Source of the DNA: Pseudoprimorskyibacter sp.
GTDB taxonomy: Bacteria > Pseudomonadota > Alphaproteobacteria > Rhodobacterales > Rhodobacteraceae
Direction: 5' to 3'
Assembly (NCBI GenBank): GCA_034670065.1
Contig: JAXMOG010000003.1
Span: forward strand, 226,392-290,391
Length of the DNA stretch: 64,000 bases
Part shown: positions 7,640 through 17,412 of the stretch, piece after piece
Position numbering within the stretch: position 1 is the first letter of the stretch
Layout of the letters: each line of letters starts with the position of its first letter
The notes under the pieces: model-generated
The model's input: the letters and a program-made list of their open reading frames with translations, nothing else
The model's database searches: none
Told to the model about the DNA's origin: nothing
Made by a program: the position numbers and the translations under genes

Positions 7640-10600
7640 TCAGACGAAGATCATTTCGTCTGTGATCGTAGCCAAATCGGTGTATTCGAACGTAATCGTT
7701 GTACCTTGATCGGCGAACACAACATTCGTACCCGTCTGAACCATGTTGGCAATCGCATCCGCGCCAGTGGAGTACCCGAAGCCTTCAAACTCCATGAAAT
7801 CCCAAACTTCCAGGTTGCTGACAGAGTTCGTGGCGCCATCAGCGACATCAAACACAAACATATCTGCCATTATGCCACCTGCCAGATGGTTGGTGCCCGA
7901 ACCGGCATCCAGTTCATCATTGATGCCCTGGCCACGAATCCAGCCTTTGACCGAAATCGCCGTATTGTTGATGAATTCCTGCGACTGCGAGAAGCCTTGA
8001 ACAACAGCTTCGCGCGTTCCGCCGCCAGCCAATTGCGCCACCCAGGCATTCAGACCGCCTGCATCAGGCGCACGGTTCAGAACGTTTTGGTAAAGCAGCG
8101 TTACAAAGGCCGTATCGTCCAACGAACCATAGGTGTTCTGGAATTCGGTACTGCCAACGAAGCCGCTGACAACGGACAAGAACGACGTGCCGTCACCCAA
8201 AAACTCTGTCCAACCCAAGAAACCGCCTATGTCTGGCGCGCGATCCAGTGTTGCCTGGTACAGGCGGAACACATCGTCGGAATAGCTGCTCTGGCTATAC
8301 GTTTCGATAAAGCCGGCAGCGCCCGCCGTGGTGTTGTTGACGAATTCCGTACTTTCCGAGAAGCCCAGAACAACGCTTTCGCGCGACGCGCCGCCGTCCA
8401 GTTGACCGACCCAGGCATTCAAACCACCGGTATCCGGAGCACGGCCCAGAACGTTCTGGTAGAGCAATGTTACAAAGCCGGTGTTATCCAGCGAACCGTA
8501 TGCCGCCTGGAATTCCGCACTGCCAACGAAGCCTGCAGCGGCTTGCGTCAACGAGCCAGTGCCCTCACCCACATACTGCGTCCAACCTTCGTGACCGGCC
8601 GCATCTGGCGCACGGTTCAGCGTGGCCTGATACAAGCGGTACACTTGGTACGCTTCGGTCATGTGAGCTGCGATATCGAACGCATCACCATACAGGATGT
8701 CGTTGCCGCCATCGCCGTAGATTTCATCCGCGCCCTCTTCACCCGAAATCGTATCGTTGCCGATATTGCCTTCGATGAAGTCATCAGAGACATCGCCGGA
8801 CAGACTGTCGTTGCCCGCATAGCCCATGATATCATCTTCGGCTGGCGTTCCGGCCGAGGTGACACCGGCATATCCCAGCGAGGAGGTCAGAACGGTCTGG
8901 TCGGTAAAGACCAGTTGCTCAATCCCGTACAATTCGTCTGTGCCATCAGCAGATGTAATCTGAACGGCGCCATTCGATGCTGTGCCAACCGTGACAGAGG
9001 CGAATGTGACATTGAACACGGCTTGGTCGATACCCGTTCCACCAACCAAAGTGTCGTTGCCGGACGAACCGGTCAGCACGTCATTGCCGCGCCCACCTGT
9101 CAGGGTGTCATTGCCGGCAGCACCGGTCAGCGTGTCATTGCCTTCCAAACCTTCGAAGGTCACACCCGTTGACCCGGTGGTGATCATGCTGTCGCTGAAT
9201 TCCGAACCACGGATTTGTTCAATATTTGCCAGTGTGTCCGTATCGCCAAAGGTGTCGGTTACAACGCCTGTGGTCAGGTTGGCCACGATACCGCTGGTGC
9301 CGCCAAAGTCACCTTCGTTCTCATAGCTCACGATGTCCCAGCCGTTGCGGCCATCAATCGTGTCATCCCCGGCCATACCGCTGAATCCTTCGCGATGCGT
9401 CAGGGCAGAACCGATCAGATAGTCATCATCCTGTGAGGCTTCAAAGAATGTCGCATAGGTGAAGGTATCGCTGAGCGACGTGGCATCGCCACTAACCGCA
9501 GTACCCAGACCCTGGCCACCAACAGCGATCGTCAGACCACCAACGCCACCCACATCCGCATAGCTTAGCGACAGGCCTTCGCCTGCGGCAAACCAACCTG
9601 CGTGACCGATGATGGTGTTGTTGCCAAGGCCTGACGCAACCATGTCAGCGCCGTTGCCGGTGGTGCCACCTTGCGAGGCATCAATGACATCGTCACCGTC
9701 GCCACCAATCAGTTCGTCTTTCCCATCACCGCCGGTCAACGTGTCGTTGCCGTCGTCACCGTCCAGAAGAACGTCAAAGCCCACGTTAAACGCGCTGATC
9801 ACGTCGTCATGCGTGGTACCTGTGATCTGCTCGACATTTGTGATCGTGTCAGTATCGCCATGGGTGTCGACAACTGTATTGGCCGCCAGCGTTGCGGTGA
9901 TGGCCATGTCTGGTCCAGTCCAGGCAGATTCCCAACGATAGGAAACTTCATCCCAGCCGTCGCCGCCGTCGATCGTGTCGTTGCCGCCATGACCTTCGAA
10001 GGTTTCGCCCACCAACATGTCGTCGCTGCCGGTGATCAAGTCTGCGTCCTGCGATCCGCCAAAGGAACGCGTGTAAGAGAAACTGTCGTTCACGCTGTTG
10101 TCGCCAGCAACGATAGTACCCGCGCCGTTGATACCGGAGTTGATGGTCAGACCACCTACACCACTGATATCACCATAGCTGATTTCGATACCGCCACCCA
10201 TGGCCCACAGGCCAGAGTGACCGATGATCACGTTGTTACCCAGACCCGGCGTAACAAAGTCGCCGCCCTTCTGGCCTGCAACGGAACCGGCCGACGCGTC
10301 AATCAGGTCATCGCCGATCGAGCCGTCCATGTTGTCTTGGCCGTCACCACCGCGCAGGGTGTCATTGCCCGTGCCGCCGCGCAAACTGTCGTCGCCCGTA
10401 CCACCGGATGCATCCAGCAAGTCATCGCCTGCGCCGCCGGTCAGGTTGTCGTCACCAATGGTCGAGATCAGCGTGTCGTTGCCAGTACCACCCTGCAGAC
10501 GGTCATCCGCAGAAGCGTCTGTCATGCTGTCATTGCCGTCAGAGCCCAGAATGTCTTCGACGTTTGTCAGCGTCTGCGTAAAGGCCACGCCATTATAGCT

Positions 10601-11344
10601 GCCGGTTGCCGTGCCCGCTGAAAGGTCAACCACCAGATTGGTGATCAGCGCATTGCTGAAGCTGACTTCGTCAAAGCCCGCACCACCATCAATGGTGTCG
10701 TTGCCGCCAAAGCCAGAGAACTCATCACGGTTGGCTGTACCAACAAAGTTGTCGGCGAATGTCGTGCCGTCCAGCTGGATTGTACCGGACCCAGATTGCG
10801 TGACGGTTTCAGCATTGCCAAACCCATCATTTGCCACAACACCGGTTGCCAAGTTGACGCTGGCCCCTTGCGTCGCCGCGCCGCTGGTACCAACGCTGAA
10901 GTCCAGATTAACGATAGTGTAAGTGTTCGTAGTGAACGTGTAGCTGTCTGCCCCTTCGCCACCAATAAAGATGAAGAAGCCATCATTGCCGGGCGTCAGG
11001 GAAAAACTGTCCGCTCCGGTTGTGCCGATCACTTCCAGCCCTGCGCCGGTACGCGCCCGGTATTCAGCAGCCAGTTGGACATCAACCAAAGTGTCGGTGC
11101 CGCTCGTCTTTGTGACAGTACCCGTATTGGCACTGGTGTTCAGCGCCACTGCAATCGGGCCAGTTGTGGCCGAATAGTCCAGAACGTAGCTTGAGGAAGA
11201 GGTCGACGAAGAAAATTCAATCTGGTCGTTCCCGGCAGATCCGTTGATCGTATCTCCACCAGAGTTCGAAACCGGTTGGATCGTATCGTCACCCGACGTT
11301 CCAAACAGATCGTCGCCTCCGGTTGTGCCAGCAATAACAGCCAT
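7640..11344 (-). CDS. Giant secreted RTX-type calcium-binding repeat protein with two C-terminal DUF4214 repeats
   Basis: 1234 aa with many GGxGxD nonapeptide runs (GGAGNDTLTGGRGNDVLTGSSGNDTLVGGTGID). An about 190-aa module is duplicated (IIGHSGLWAMGGGIEISYGD... / IIGHAGWFAAGEGLSLSYAD...). Two DUF4214-like units are present (LYQATLNRAPDAAG...LLYQNVLGRAPDTGGLNAWV). There is no Cys and no N-terminal signal peptide. An AAGGAAG SD precedes the ATG. Confidence 0.9.
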   Translation of the reverse strand: MAVIAGTTGGDDLFGTSGDDTIQPVSNSGGDTINGSAGNDQIEFSSSTSSSSYVLDYSATTGPIAVALNTSANTGTVTKTSGTDTLVDVQLAAEYRARTGAGLEVIGTTGADSFSLTPGNDGFFIFIGGEGADSYTFTTNTYTIVNLDFSVGTSGAATQGASVNLATGVVANDGFGNAETVTQSGSGTIQLDGTTFADNFVGTANRDEFSGFGGNDTIDGGAGFDEVSFSNALITNLVVDLSAGTATGSYNGVAFTQTLTNVEDILGSDGNDSMTDASADDRLQGGTGNDTLISTIGDDNLTGGAGDDLLDASGGTGDDSLRGGTGNDTLRGGDGQDNMDGSIGDDLIDASAGSVAGQKGGDFVTPGLGNNVIIGHSGLWAMGGGIEISYGDISGVGGLTINSGINGAGTIVAGDNSVNDSFSYTRSFGGSQDADLITGSDDMLVGETFEGHGGNDTIDGGDGWDEVSYRWESAWTGPDMAITATLAANTVVDTHGDTDTITNVEQITGTTHDDVISAFNVGFDVLLDGDDGNDTLTGGDGKDELIGGDGDDVIDASQGGTTGNGADMVASGLGNNTIIGHAGWFAAGEGLSLSYADVGGVGGLTIAVGGQGLGTAVSGDATSLSDTFTYATFFEASQDDDYLIGSALTHREGFSGMAGDDTIDGRNGWDIVSYENEGDFGGTSGIVANLTTGVVTDTFGDTDTLANIEQIRGSEFSDSMITTGSTGVTFEGLEGNDTLTGAAGNDTLTGGRGNDVLTGSSGNDTLVGGTGIDQAVFNVTFASVTVGTASNGAVQITSADGTDELYGIEQLVFTDQTVLTSSLGYAGVTSAGTPAEDDIMGYAGNDSLSGDVSDDFIEGNIGNDTISGEEGADEIYGDGGNDILYGDAFDIAAHMTEAYQVYRLYQATLNRAPDAAGHEGWTQYVGEGTGSLTQAAAGFVGSAEFQAAYGSLDNTGFVTLLYQNVLGRAPDTGGLNAWVGQLDGGASRESVVLGFSESTEFVNNTTAGAAGFIETYSQSSYSDDVFRLYQATLDRAPDIGGFLGWTEFLGDGTSFLSVVSGFVGSTEFQNTYGSLDDTAFVTLLYQNVLNRAPDAGGLNAWVAQLAGGGTREAVVQGFSQSQEFINNTAISVKGWIRGQGINDELDAGSGTNHLAGGIMADMFVFDVADGATNSVSNLEVWDFMEFEGFGYSTGADAIANMVQTGTNVVFADQGTTITFEYTDLATITDEMIFV

Positions 11345-11926
11345 AACTCTTCCTTTTCCCTACGAATTTAAACGCAATGTTTCTTTAAACGATTCGTGGC
11401 CCATTGCCATAAGTTACGGCAACGCCGCAGCGAATAGTCGCCGAAGCTATGATGCTATCTTCCGAACGTCGGCAAGACCATACGCGGTTATGTCGCCCTG
11501 CGCCAATTCCGCCGCATTTCGTGTAATCCTGCGAAACAGTAAGCAGGTTGGCGCGGATTCTTGCATCAAATGGCCGAAATCGAGGTCGGTTTTTTGATCA
11601 AAACTGATCAAAAGCCGACCAATTGGTTGGCGCAAGAGCTGCATACGATTCGAGCAATCACCGCAAATCCGCCTCATTTTCACAGGTCAACTCGCCCAAT
11701 TGTTGGGCGAATGCAAAAATAACGCCCACCATTTAAGCATTTACACCCAAATACAGCATCTGAAATGCATGTCAGGGTGCCCCATCGTCACCTCACGCCT
11801 CAATCTCCGGCTCGACCCGATCACGCCGATTGGGCAGCGCCGACCAAGGGGGGAATTCCTGACTGCGGCGCTAATATAACCCGCTCATCACTACTGATGC
11901 GCGGATGTCATGGGGACTTACGACTT

Positions 11927-13210
11927 ATGAAAACCAACAAAATTCTCGGCGCCGTTTCGGCACTGGCGATGACCGCAGCCGCACCAGTGTTTGCTGAATG
12001 CGCAGACCCGATCAAAGTGGGTGTCCTGCACTCGCTGTCCGGCACAATGGCCATTTCGGAAACAACTCTGAAAGACACCATGCTGATGCTGGTCGACCAG
12101 CAAAACGCAGCTGGCGGCCTGCTGGACTGTGAAATCGAAACCGTTGTCGTTGACCCGGCATCTGACTGGCCACTGTTCGCTGAAAAAGCGCGTGAACTGC
12201 TGACCGTACATGATGTCGACGTGATCTTCGGTAACTGGACATCGGTTTCGCGCAAATCTGTTCTGCCCGTCATCGAAGAACTGAACGGCCTGCTGTTCTA
12301 CCCGGTCCAGTACGAAGGTGAAGAAAGCTCCAAGAACGTCTTCTACACCGGTGCTGCTCCCAACCAACAAGCCATCCCAGCAACCGATTACTTCCTGGAA
12401 GAATTGGGCGTTGAGAAATTCGCTCTGCTGGGCACGGACTATGTATATCCGCGCACCACAAACAACATTCTGGAAAGCTACCTGAAGTCCAAAGGCATTC
12501 CAGCAGAAGACATCTTTGTGAACTACACCCCGTTCGGTCACTCTGACTGGGCCACCATCGTTGCTGACGTTGTTGCCCTGGGCGAAGACGGCAAGCAGGT
12601 TGGCGTGATCTCCACCATCAACGGTGACGCAAACATCGGCTTCTACAAAGAACTGGCCGCTGCCGGTATCTCTGCAGACGACATTCCTGTTGTTGCATTC
12701 TCGGTGGGTGAAGAAGAACTGTCCGGTCTGGACACATCCAACCTGGTTGGTCACCTGGCGGCCTGGAACTACTTCCAGTCGGCAGACACCGAAGCCAACG
12801 CAGAATGGGTTAAGTCCTGGAAAGCCACCATGGGCGAAGAGCGTGTAACCAACGACCCAATGGAAGCTCACTTCATCGGCTTCAACATGTGGGTTAACGC
12901 GGTCAAAGACGCCGGCACCACCGATGTCGACGCGGTTCGCACAGCCATGTACGGCCAGGAATATCCAAACCTGACCGGTGGTACAGCTGTCATGCTGCCA
13001 AACCACCACTTGGCCAAGCCAGTTCTGATCGGTGAAATCACCGCTGAAGGTCAGTTCGACATCATCAGCCAGACCACCGAAGTTCCGGGCGACGCCTGGA
13101 CCGACTTCCTGCCTGAATCGGCTGTTCTGAAGTCGGATTGGAAAGACCTGGGTTGCGGTATGTACAACACCGAAACCAAAAGCTGCGTTCAGATCAAATC
13201 CAACTACTAA
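11927..13210 (+). CDS. urtA: Urea ABC transporter substrate-binding protein
   Basis: Signal peptide MKTNKILGAVSALAMTAAAPVFA, a LivK-like fold, and the following urtBCDE genes. The ORF-track start 11765 is rejected as an upstream extension. Confidence 0.9.
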   Translation: MKTNKILGAVSALAMTAAAPVFAECADPIKVGVLHSLSGTMAISETTLKDTMLMLVDQQNAAGGLLDCEIETVVVDPASDWPLFAEKARELLTVHDVDVIFGNWTSVSRKSVLPVIEELNGLLFYPVQYEGEESSKNVFYTGAAPNQQAIPATDYFLEELGVEKFALLGTDYVYPRTTNNILESYLKSKGIPAEDIFVNYTPFGHSDWATIVADVVALGEDGKQVGVISTINGDANIGFYKELAAAGISADDIPVVAFSVGEEELSGLDTSNLVGHLAAWNYFQSADTEANAEWVKSWKATMGEERVTNDPMEAHFIGFNMWVNAVKDAGTTDVDAVRTAMYGQEYPNLTGGTAVMLPNHHLAKPVLIGEITAEGQFDIISQTTEVPGDAWTDFLPESAVLKSDWKDLGCGMYNTETKSCVQIKSNY

Positions 13211-13288
13211 TCTGACGTAACTATCCGGCGCGCGGGGGGCCCATTGGCTTCTCGCGCGCCACACCTTCTGCAAAGGCCCTCATACAAA

Positions 13289-15253
13289 ATGTATTCGATG
13301 CTGCGCGCCCTGCTTCTTGCGCTTCTGGTTGGCCTATGGCTTCCCGTTGCTGCCCCCGCCCAAGACCTTCAATCGGTTTTGCAAGCCCATCAGGCCCAGG
13401 TGGCCAAACCTTCCCGCAAATCAGTTTCCCCGGTTCTTGAGAGCCTCGCTGCCTCGGGCCTGCCTTCGGTGACTGACTTTCTGGAACGCTGGCAGAACAA
13501 GGAACTTTATGTTCGCAAAGCCGACGGCCTGTTTTATTACGCGGAACCAGATGGCGATGTTTTTACCCTGACCGATCCGGGAACCGGTGAAACCGCTGGA
13601 ACAGCCGCCAAAAGCGAGCTTGCCCAGATCAAACCCAATGGTGGTGTGCGCAAAGCCATTTCGGAAGCCTTGGTCCAGTTTCAGCTGTCCGACCCAGATA
13701 TCAACCGCCGCAGCTCTGCCGTGGACGCTATTGCACGCTCCATGAATGCAGATCAGCTGGCCCCACTGACCGCCGCAATCGAAAATGAGCCTGACCCCGC
13801 GTTGAAAGCCCGCAAAATCCGCGTGGCCAATATGTTGGCGGCAAGCTTTGCCAAAACCACCGAAGAACGTGTTGCCGCTATCAAGGGATTGGAAGGTGAC
13901 CTGTCTGTCGATTCACGCGGCGTTTTGAACCTGATCCTGACAAAAGGTGACCCAGCCATAGCACCGTTTCCCGATGGAGCGATCGTCGCGCAAGACCTGA
14001 CGCCCGGAACGGACGAATTGTCCGTAGACGCCGCTTATGACCTGATGGTCGCGGCTGGAAAGGCCCTGCCGATCCTTAGCGCCGAGGACCGCCTGGCGAT
14101 CCTGCGGGACAATGTTGAAGACGGACGCGTTGGCGGCATTCTGGTCGGTCAACTGAACACACAAGACGGCCGCGACCGCGCCTATACCGCCCTTGTCGAC
14201 AGTGGCGTTATCCAAGACGAAGGTTGGAATGGCCCGGCGACATCCAAAGCCGAATATGTTGCCACGGAAAAATTCGCCTCGCTCTACAGCGAGTCCGACC
14301 CGGCGGTCATCGAAGCCGCCCGCACAACGCTGGACGGCATCGAAACGCGGGTCAAACTAAACCAGTTTGGTGATTTGGCACTGGATGCCCTGTCGCTCGC
14401 CTCTATCTATTTCCTCGCGGCCATTGGTCTGGCCATCACCTTTGGCGTGATGGGCGTTATCAACATGGCCCACGGCGAATTCATCATGATGGGCGCCTAT
14501 ACCGGCTACGTCGTGCAACAATTCGTTCCGAATTACACCGCCTCGATCATCGTCGCCCTGCCTCTGGCCTTTGCTGTGACCTTCGCCGCAGGTGTGGCGA
14601 TGGAACGGTTGGTTATTCGGTGGCTGTATCACCGGCCCCTTGAAACTCTGTTGGCAACCTTTGGTATATCTATCGCGCTGCAACAGCTGGCCAAGAACAT
14701 CTTCGGCACACAAGCCCGCCCGCTGACTTCTCCCAGCTGGTTGGATGGTGCGTGGATCATCAACGACGTCATTCAAATCGCCTATATCCGTATCGCGATC
14801 TTTGTCTTGGCAGTGATCTTCCTTGGGCTGATCCTGTTTATCCTGAAACGCACACGGCTCGGCCTGGAAGTGCGCGCGGTGACACAAAACCCCGGCATGG
14901 CGGCATCAATGGGTATCAACCCTGACCGCATCAACATGCTGACCTTCGGTCTGGGCTCTGGCATTGCTGGCATCGCCGGCGTCGCCATCGGGCTATACGC
15001 CAAGGTGACATCGGAAATGGGCGCTGACTATATCGTGCAAAGCTTCATGACAGTGGTCGTGGGCGGTGTTGGCAACGTTTGGGGCACATTGGCCGGGGCA
15101 ACCATGATCGGCACGCTGCAAAAAGGGATCGAGTTCCTGAACCCATCCAACACGCTGGCGGCACAAACCTATATGATCCTGTTTATCATCCTGTTCATCC
15201 AATTCCGGCCCAAGGGCATTGTTGCCCTCAAAGGCCGCGCAGCAGGAGATTGA
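13289..15253 (+). CDS. urtB: Urea ABC transporter permease, long form with about 350-aa N-terminal periplasmic extension
   Basis: Signal-like MYSMLRALLLALLVGLWLPVAAPAQ. The LivH-type permease core starts near LSLASIYFLAAIGLAITFGVMGVINMAHGEF. Confidence 0.85.
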   Translation: MYSMLRALLLALLVGLWLPVAAPAQDLQSVLQAHQAQVAKPSRKSVSPVLESLAASGLPSVTDFLERWQNKELYVRKADGLFYYAEPDGDVFTLTDPGTGETAGTAAKSELAQIKPNGGVRKAISEALVQFQLSDPDINRRSSAVDAIARSMNADQLAPLTAAIENEPDPALKARKIRVANMLAASFAKTTEERVAAIKGLEGDLSVDSRGVLNLILTKGDPAIAPFPDGAIVAQDLTPGTDELSVDAAYDLMVAAGKALPILSAEDRLAILRDNVEDGRVGGILVGQLNTQDGRDRAYTALVDSGVIQDEGWNGPATSKAEYVATEKFASLYSESDPAVIEAARTTLDGIETRVKLNQFGDLALDALSLASIYFLAAIGLAITFGVMGVINMAHGEFIMMGAYTGYVVQQFVPNYTASIIVALPLAFAVTFAAGVAMERLVIRWLYHRPLETLLATFGISIALQQLAKNIFGTQARPLTSPSWLDGAWIINDVIQIAYIRIAIFVLAVIFLGLILFILKRTRLGLEVRAVTQNPGMAASMGINPDRINMLTFGLGSGIAGIAGVAIGLYAKVTSEMGADYIVQSFMTVVVGGVGNVWGTLAGATMIGTLQKGIEFLNPSNTLAAQTYMILFIILFIQFRPKGIVALKGRAAGD

Positions 15254-15442
15254 TGTGATGTTCAGGTTCTTAGCCCACTGCCCGCACTATTCTGCCCAAG
15301 CGTCCTCAAACGCCACAGACCAGCGGCAGAAAAGCCTAACCGGGGCATCCGCCCTGCACCCTGCAACGGCCAGCGCAAACCAGGCGCTCGTGCCAGCTGT
15401 GTCCGACACCCGGCGCAACGCAATGTCTAAAGGGAAACAACA

Positions 15443-16672
15443 ATGAACCAAGGTTTCCTGTCCAAAAACCCATCTGTGCTGTGGTTTCTAGCAGCGCTTG
15501 GTCTGTTCACATTGGGCGTTACAGTTCTGGCCGATGCCACCGGCACCGGGGCGATCTCTACCTCCTTCGTCAAGACGTTGGGCAAAACGCTGTGCCTGTG
15601 CCTGATCGCCATCGCAATGGATGTGGTCTGGGGCTATTGCGGTATCCTAAGCCTGGGCCACTTCGCGTTTTTCGGGATTGGCGGCTATGCCATCGGCATG
15701 TGGCTGATGTACGCCCGAACACGCGACATCGTCACTGAAAATTTGGCCAACAGCGTCATCCCTCCCACCACGCAAGAAATCGAAGATGCCATCGGCACAC
15801 AGATTTTCGGGGTTGTGGGATCCAGTGATTTCCCTTGGATTTGGGCCTTTTCAGACTCGCTGTTTTTGCAGCTGATGATGGTTGTTTTGCTGCCCGGTTT
15901 GATTGCCTTGGTTTTTGGCTGGCTGGCCTTCCGCAGCCGCGTGACCGGTGTCTACCTGTCAATCCTGACCCAAGCGATGACCTTGGCGCTGGCGCTTTAC
16001 CTGTTTCAAAATGACAGCGGGCTTCGTGGCAATAACGGCCTATCTGGCTTGCAGAACATCCCAGGCTTTAATGACGTGCCACAGGCGCAAATCTCTATTG
16101 CGTTCTTTTGGGCATCGGCCCTGGCATTGGGGCTGGGCTATGTGATCTTTGCCTGGGTCATGTCCGGCAAAATGGGCAGTGTTGTGCGCGCCATTCGCGA
16201 TGACGAAGCTCGCGTGCGCTTCCTTGGCTATCACGTCGAAAGCTACAAACTGTTTGTCTTTACCCTGACAGCCATCATCGCCGGGATTGCCGGCGCGCTG
16301 TACTACCCGCAGGCTGGCATCATCAACCCGGCCGAAATCGCGCCGATCGCCTCGATCTATCTGGCGGTCTGGGTCGCAATTGGTGGACGTGGGCGCCTGT
16401 ACGGGGCAGTTATTGGCGCGGCCTGTGTTTCGCTTCTGTCCAGCTGGTTTACCGGCGGCGGTGCGCCCAACATCAACCTGGGCTTCTATCTGGTGCAATG
16501 GACTGATTGGTGGCTTGTACTGCTTGGCCTGAGCTTTGTGGCTGTCACCCTGTTCTTCCCCAAAGGTATTGGCGGCCTGTTCGACTTGATATCGGCCCGT
16601 ATGGTGCCAGACCGCGTGGGGGACTATGGCCCTGACAAAGGCGCACTGCGCAAAGAGGAGGGCTCAGAATGA
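15443..16672 (+). CDS. urtC: Urea ABC transporter permease
   Basis: LivM-type permease (GILSLGHFAFFGIGGYAIGMW) in urt operon context. Confidence 0.9.
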   Translation: MNQGFLSKNPSVLWFLAALGLFTLGVTVLADATGTGAISTSFVKTLGKTLCLCLIAIAMDVVWGYCGILSLGHFAFFGIGGYAIGMWLMYARTRDIVTENLANSVIPPTTQEIEDAIGTQIFGVVGSSDFPWIWAFSDSLFLQLMMVVLLPGLIALVFGWLAFRSRVTGVYLSILTQAMTLALALYLFQNDSGLRGNNGLSGLQNIPGFNDVPQAQISIAFFWASALALGLGYVIFAWVMSGKMGSVVRAIRDDEARVRFLGYHVESYKLFVFTLTAIIAGIAGALYYPQAGIINPAEIAPIASIYLAVWVAIGGRGRLYGAVIGAACVSLLSSWFTGGGAPNINLGFYLVQWTDWWLVLLGLSFVAVTLFFPKGIGGLFDLISARMVPDRVGDYGPDKGALRKEEGSE

Positions 16673-17409
16673 GCACACTTCTAGAAGTTTCCGGCGTCTC
16701 AGTGTCGTTTGACGGGTTCAAAGCCATCAACAACCTGTCGCTTCAGATCGCCGAACCAGAGCTGCGCGCCGTGATCGGCCCCAATGGCGCGGGCAAGACT
16801 ACCTTCATGGATATTGTCACCGGCAAAACAAAACCCGACGAAGGCCGCATCATCTGGGGCGAAAAATCTGTCTCGCTGCTGGGCAAATCAGAAAGCCAGA
16901 TCGCGCGTTTGGGAATTGGCCGAAAGTTCCAAAAGCCCACTGTGTTTGAGGCACAAACCGTGCGTGAAAACCTGGCGATGGCGCTGAAAAACCCGCGCGG
17001 TCCGTTTGACGTTCTGATGTATCGCAAAACACCCGAAGGCGCCGCACGGATCGAAGAAATCGCCGAAGAGATCGGCTTGTTGGGCGAACTGCCCCGCTCT
17101 GCCGGAGAACTGAGCCACGGACAAAAGCAGTGGCTGGAAATCGGTATGCTGCTGGCCCAAGACCCGCGCTTGCTGCTGGTTGACGAACCCGCCGCTGGCA
17201 TGACGCCAACCGAACGTGAAAACACCACGGACATGCTGACGCGCCTTGCTCAAACCCGCGCGGTGATTGTGGTGGAACACGATATGGAATTCGTCCGCCG
17301 CCTGAATTGCAAAGTTACTGTGCTGCACGAAGGCTCGGTTCTGGCCGAAGGCAGTTTGGACCATGTCACAAACAACAAAGACGTCATCGACGTCTATCTG
17401 GGGCGCTAA
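16669..17409 (+). CDS. urtD: Urea ABC transporter ATP-binding protein
   Basis: Walker A GPNGAGKTT, signature LSHGQKQWLEI, and ATGA overlap with urtC. Confidence 0.9.
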   Translation: MSTLLEVSGVSVSFDGFKAINNLSLQIAEPELRAVIGPNGAGKTTFMDIVTGKTKPDEGRIIWGEKSVSLLGKSESQIARLGIGRKFQKPTVFEAQTVRENLAMALKNPRGPFDVLMYRKTPEGAARIEEIAEEIGLLGELPRSAGELSHGQKQWLEIGMLLAQDPRLLLVDEPAAGMTPTERENTTDMLTRLAQTRAVIVVEHDMEFVRRLNCKVTVLHEGSVLAEGSLDHVTNNKDVIDVYLGR

Positions 17410-17412
17410 AAG

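Noticed and set aside
7706-9172. 488-aa plus-strand ORF, along with 9671-10621, 9609-9941, 10224-10598 and others, lying inside the RTX gene
   Set aside because: These are antisense shadow ORFs of a GC-rich repetitive gene. Their translations are low-complexity (R/A/V/Q-rich) with no motifs, whereas the minus-strand frame gives canonical RTX and DUF4214 repeats.
11918-13273. 451-aa minus-strand ORF opposite urtA
   Set aside because: It is antisense to a confidently identified urtA. It has no domain-like sequence and the typical GC-rich shadow-frame composition.
15219-15446. 75-aa ORF filling the urtB-urtC gap
   Set aside because: It overlaps the urtB 3' end, has no SD, and its composition (A/S/Q-rich) has no hydrophobic or domain pattern. 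It is probably non-coding spacer.
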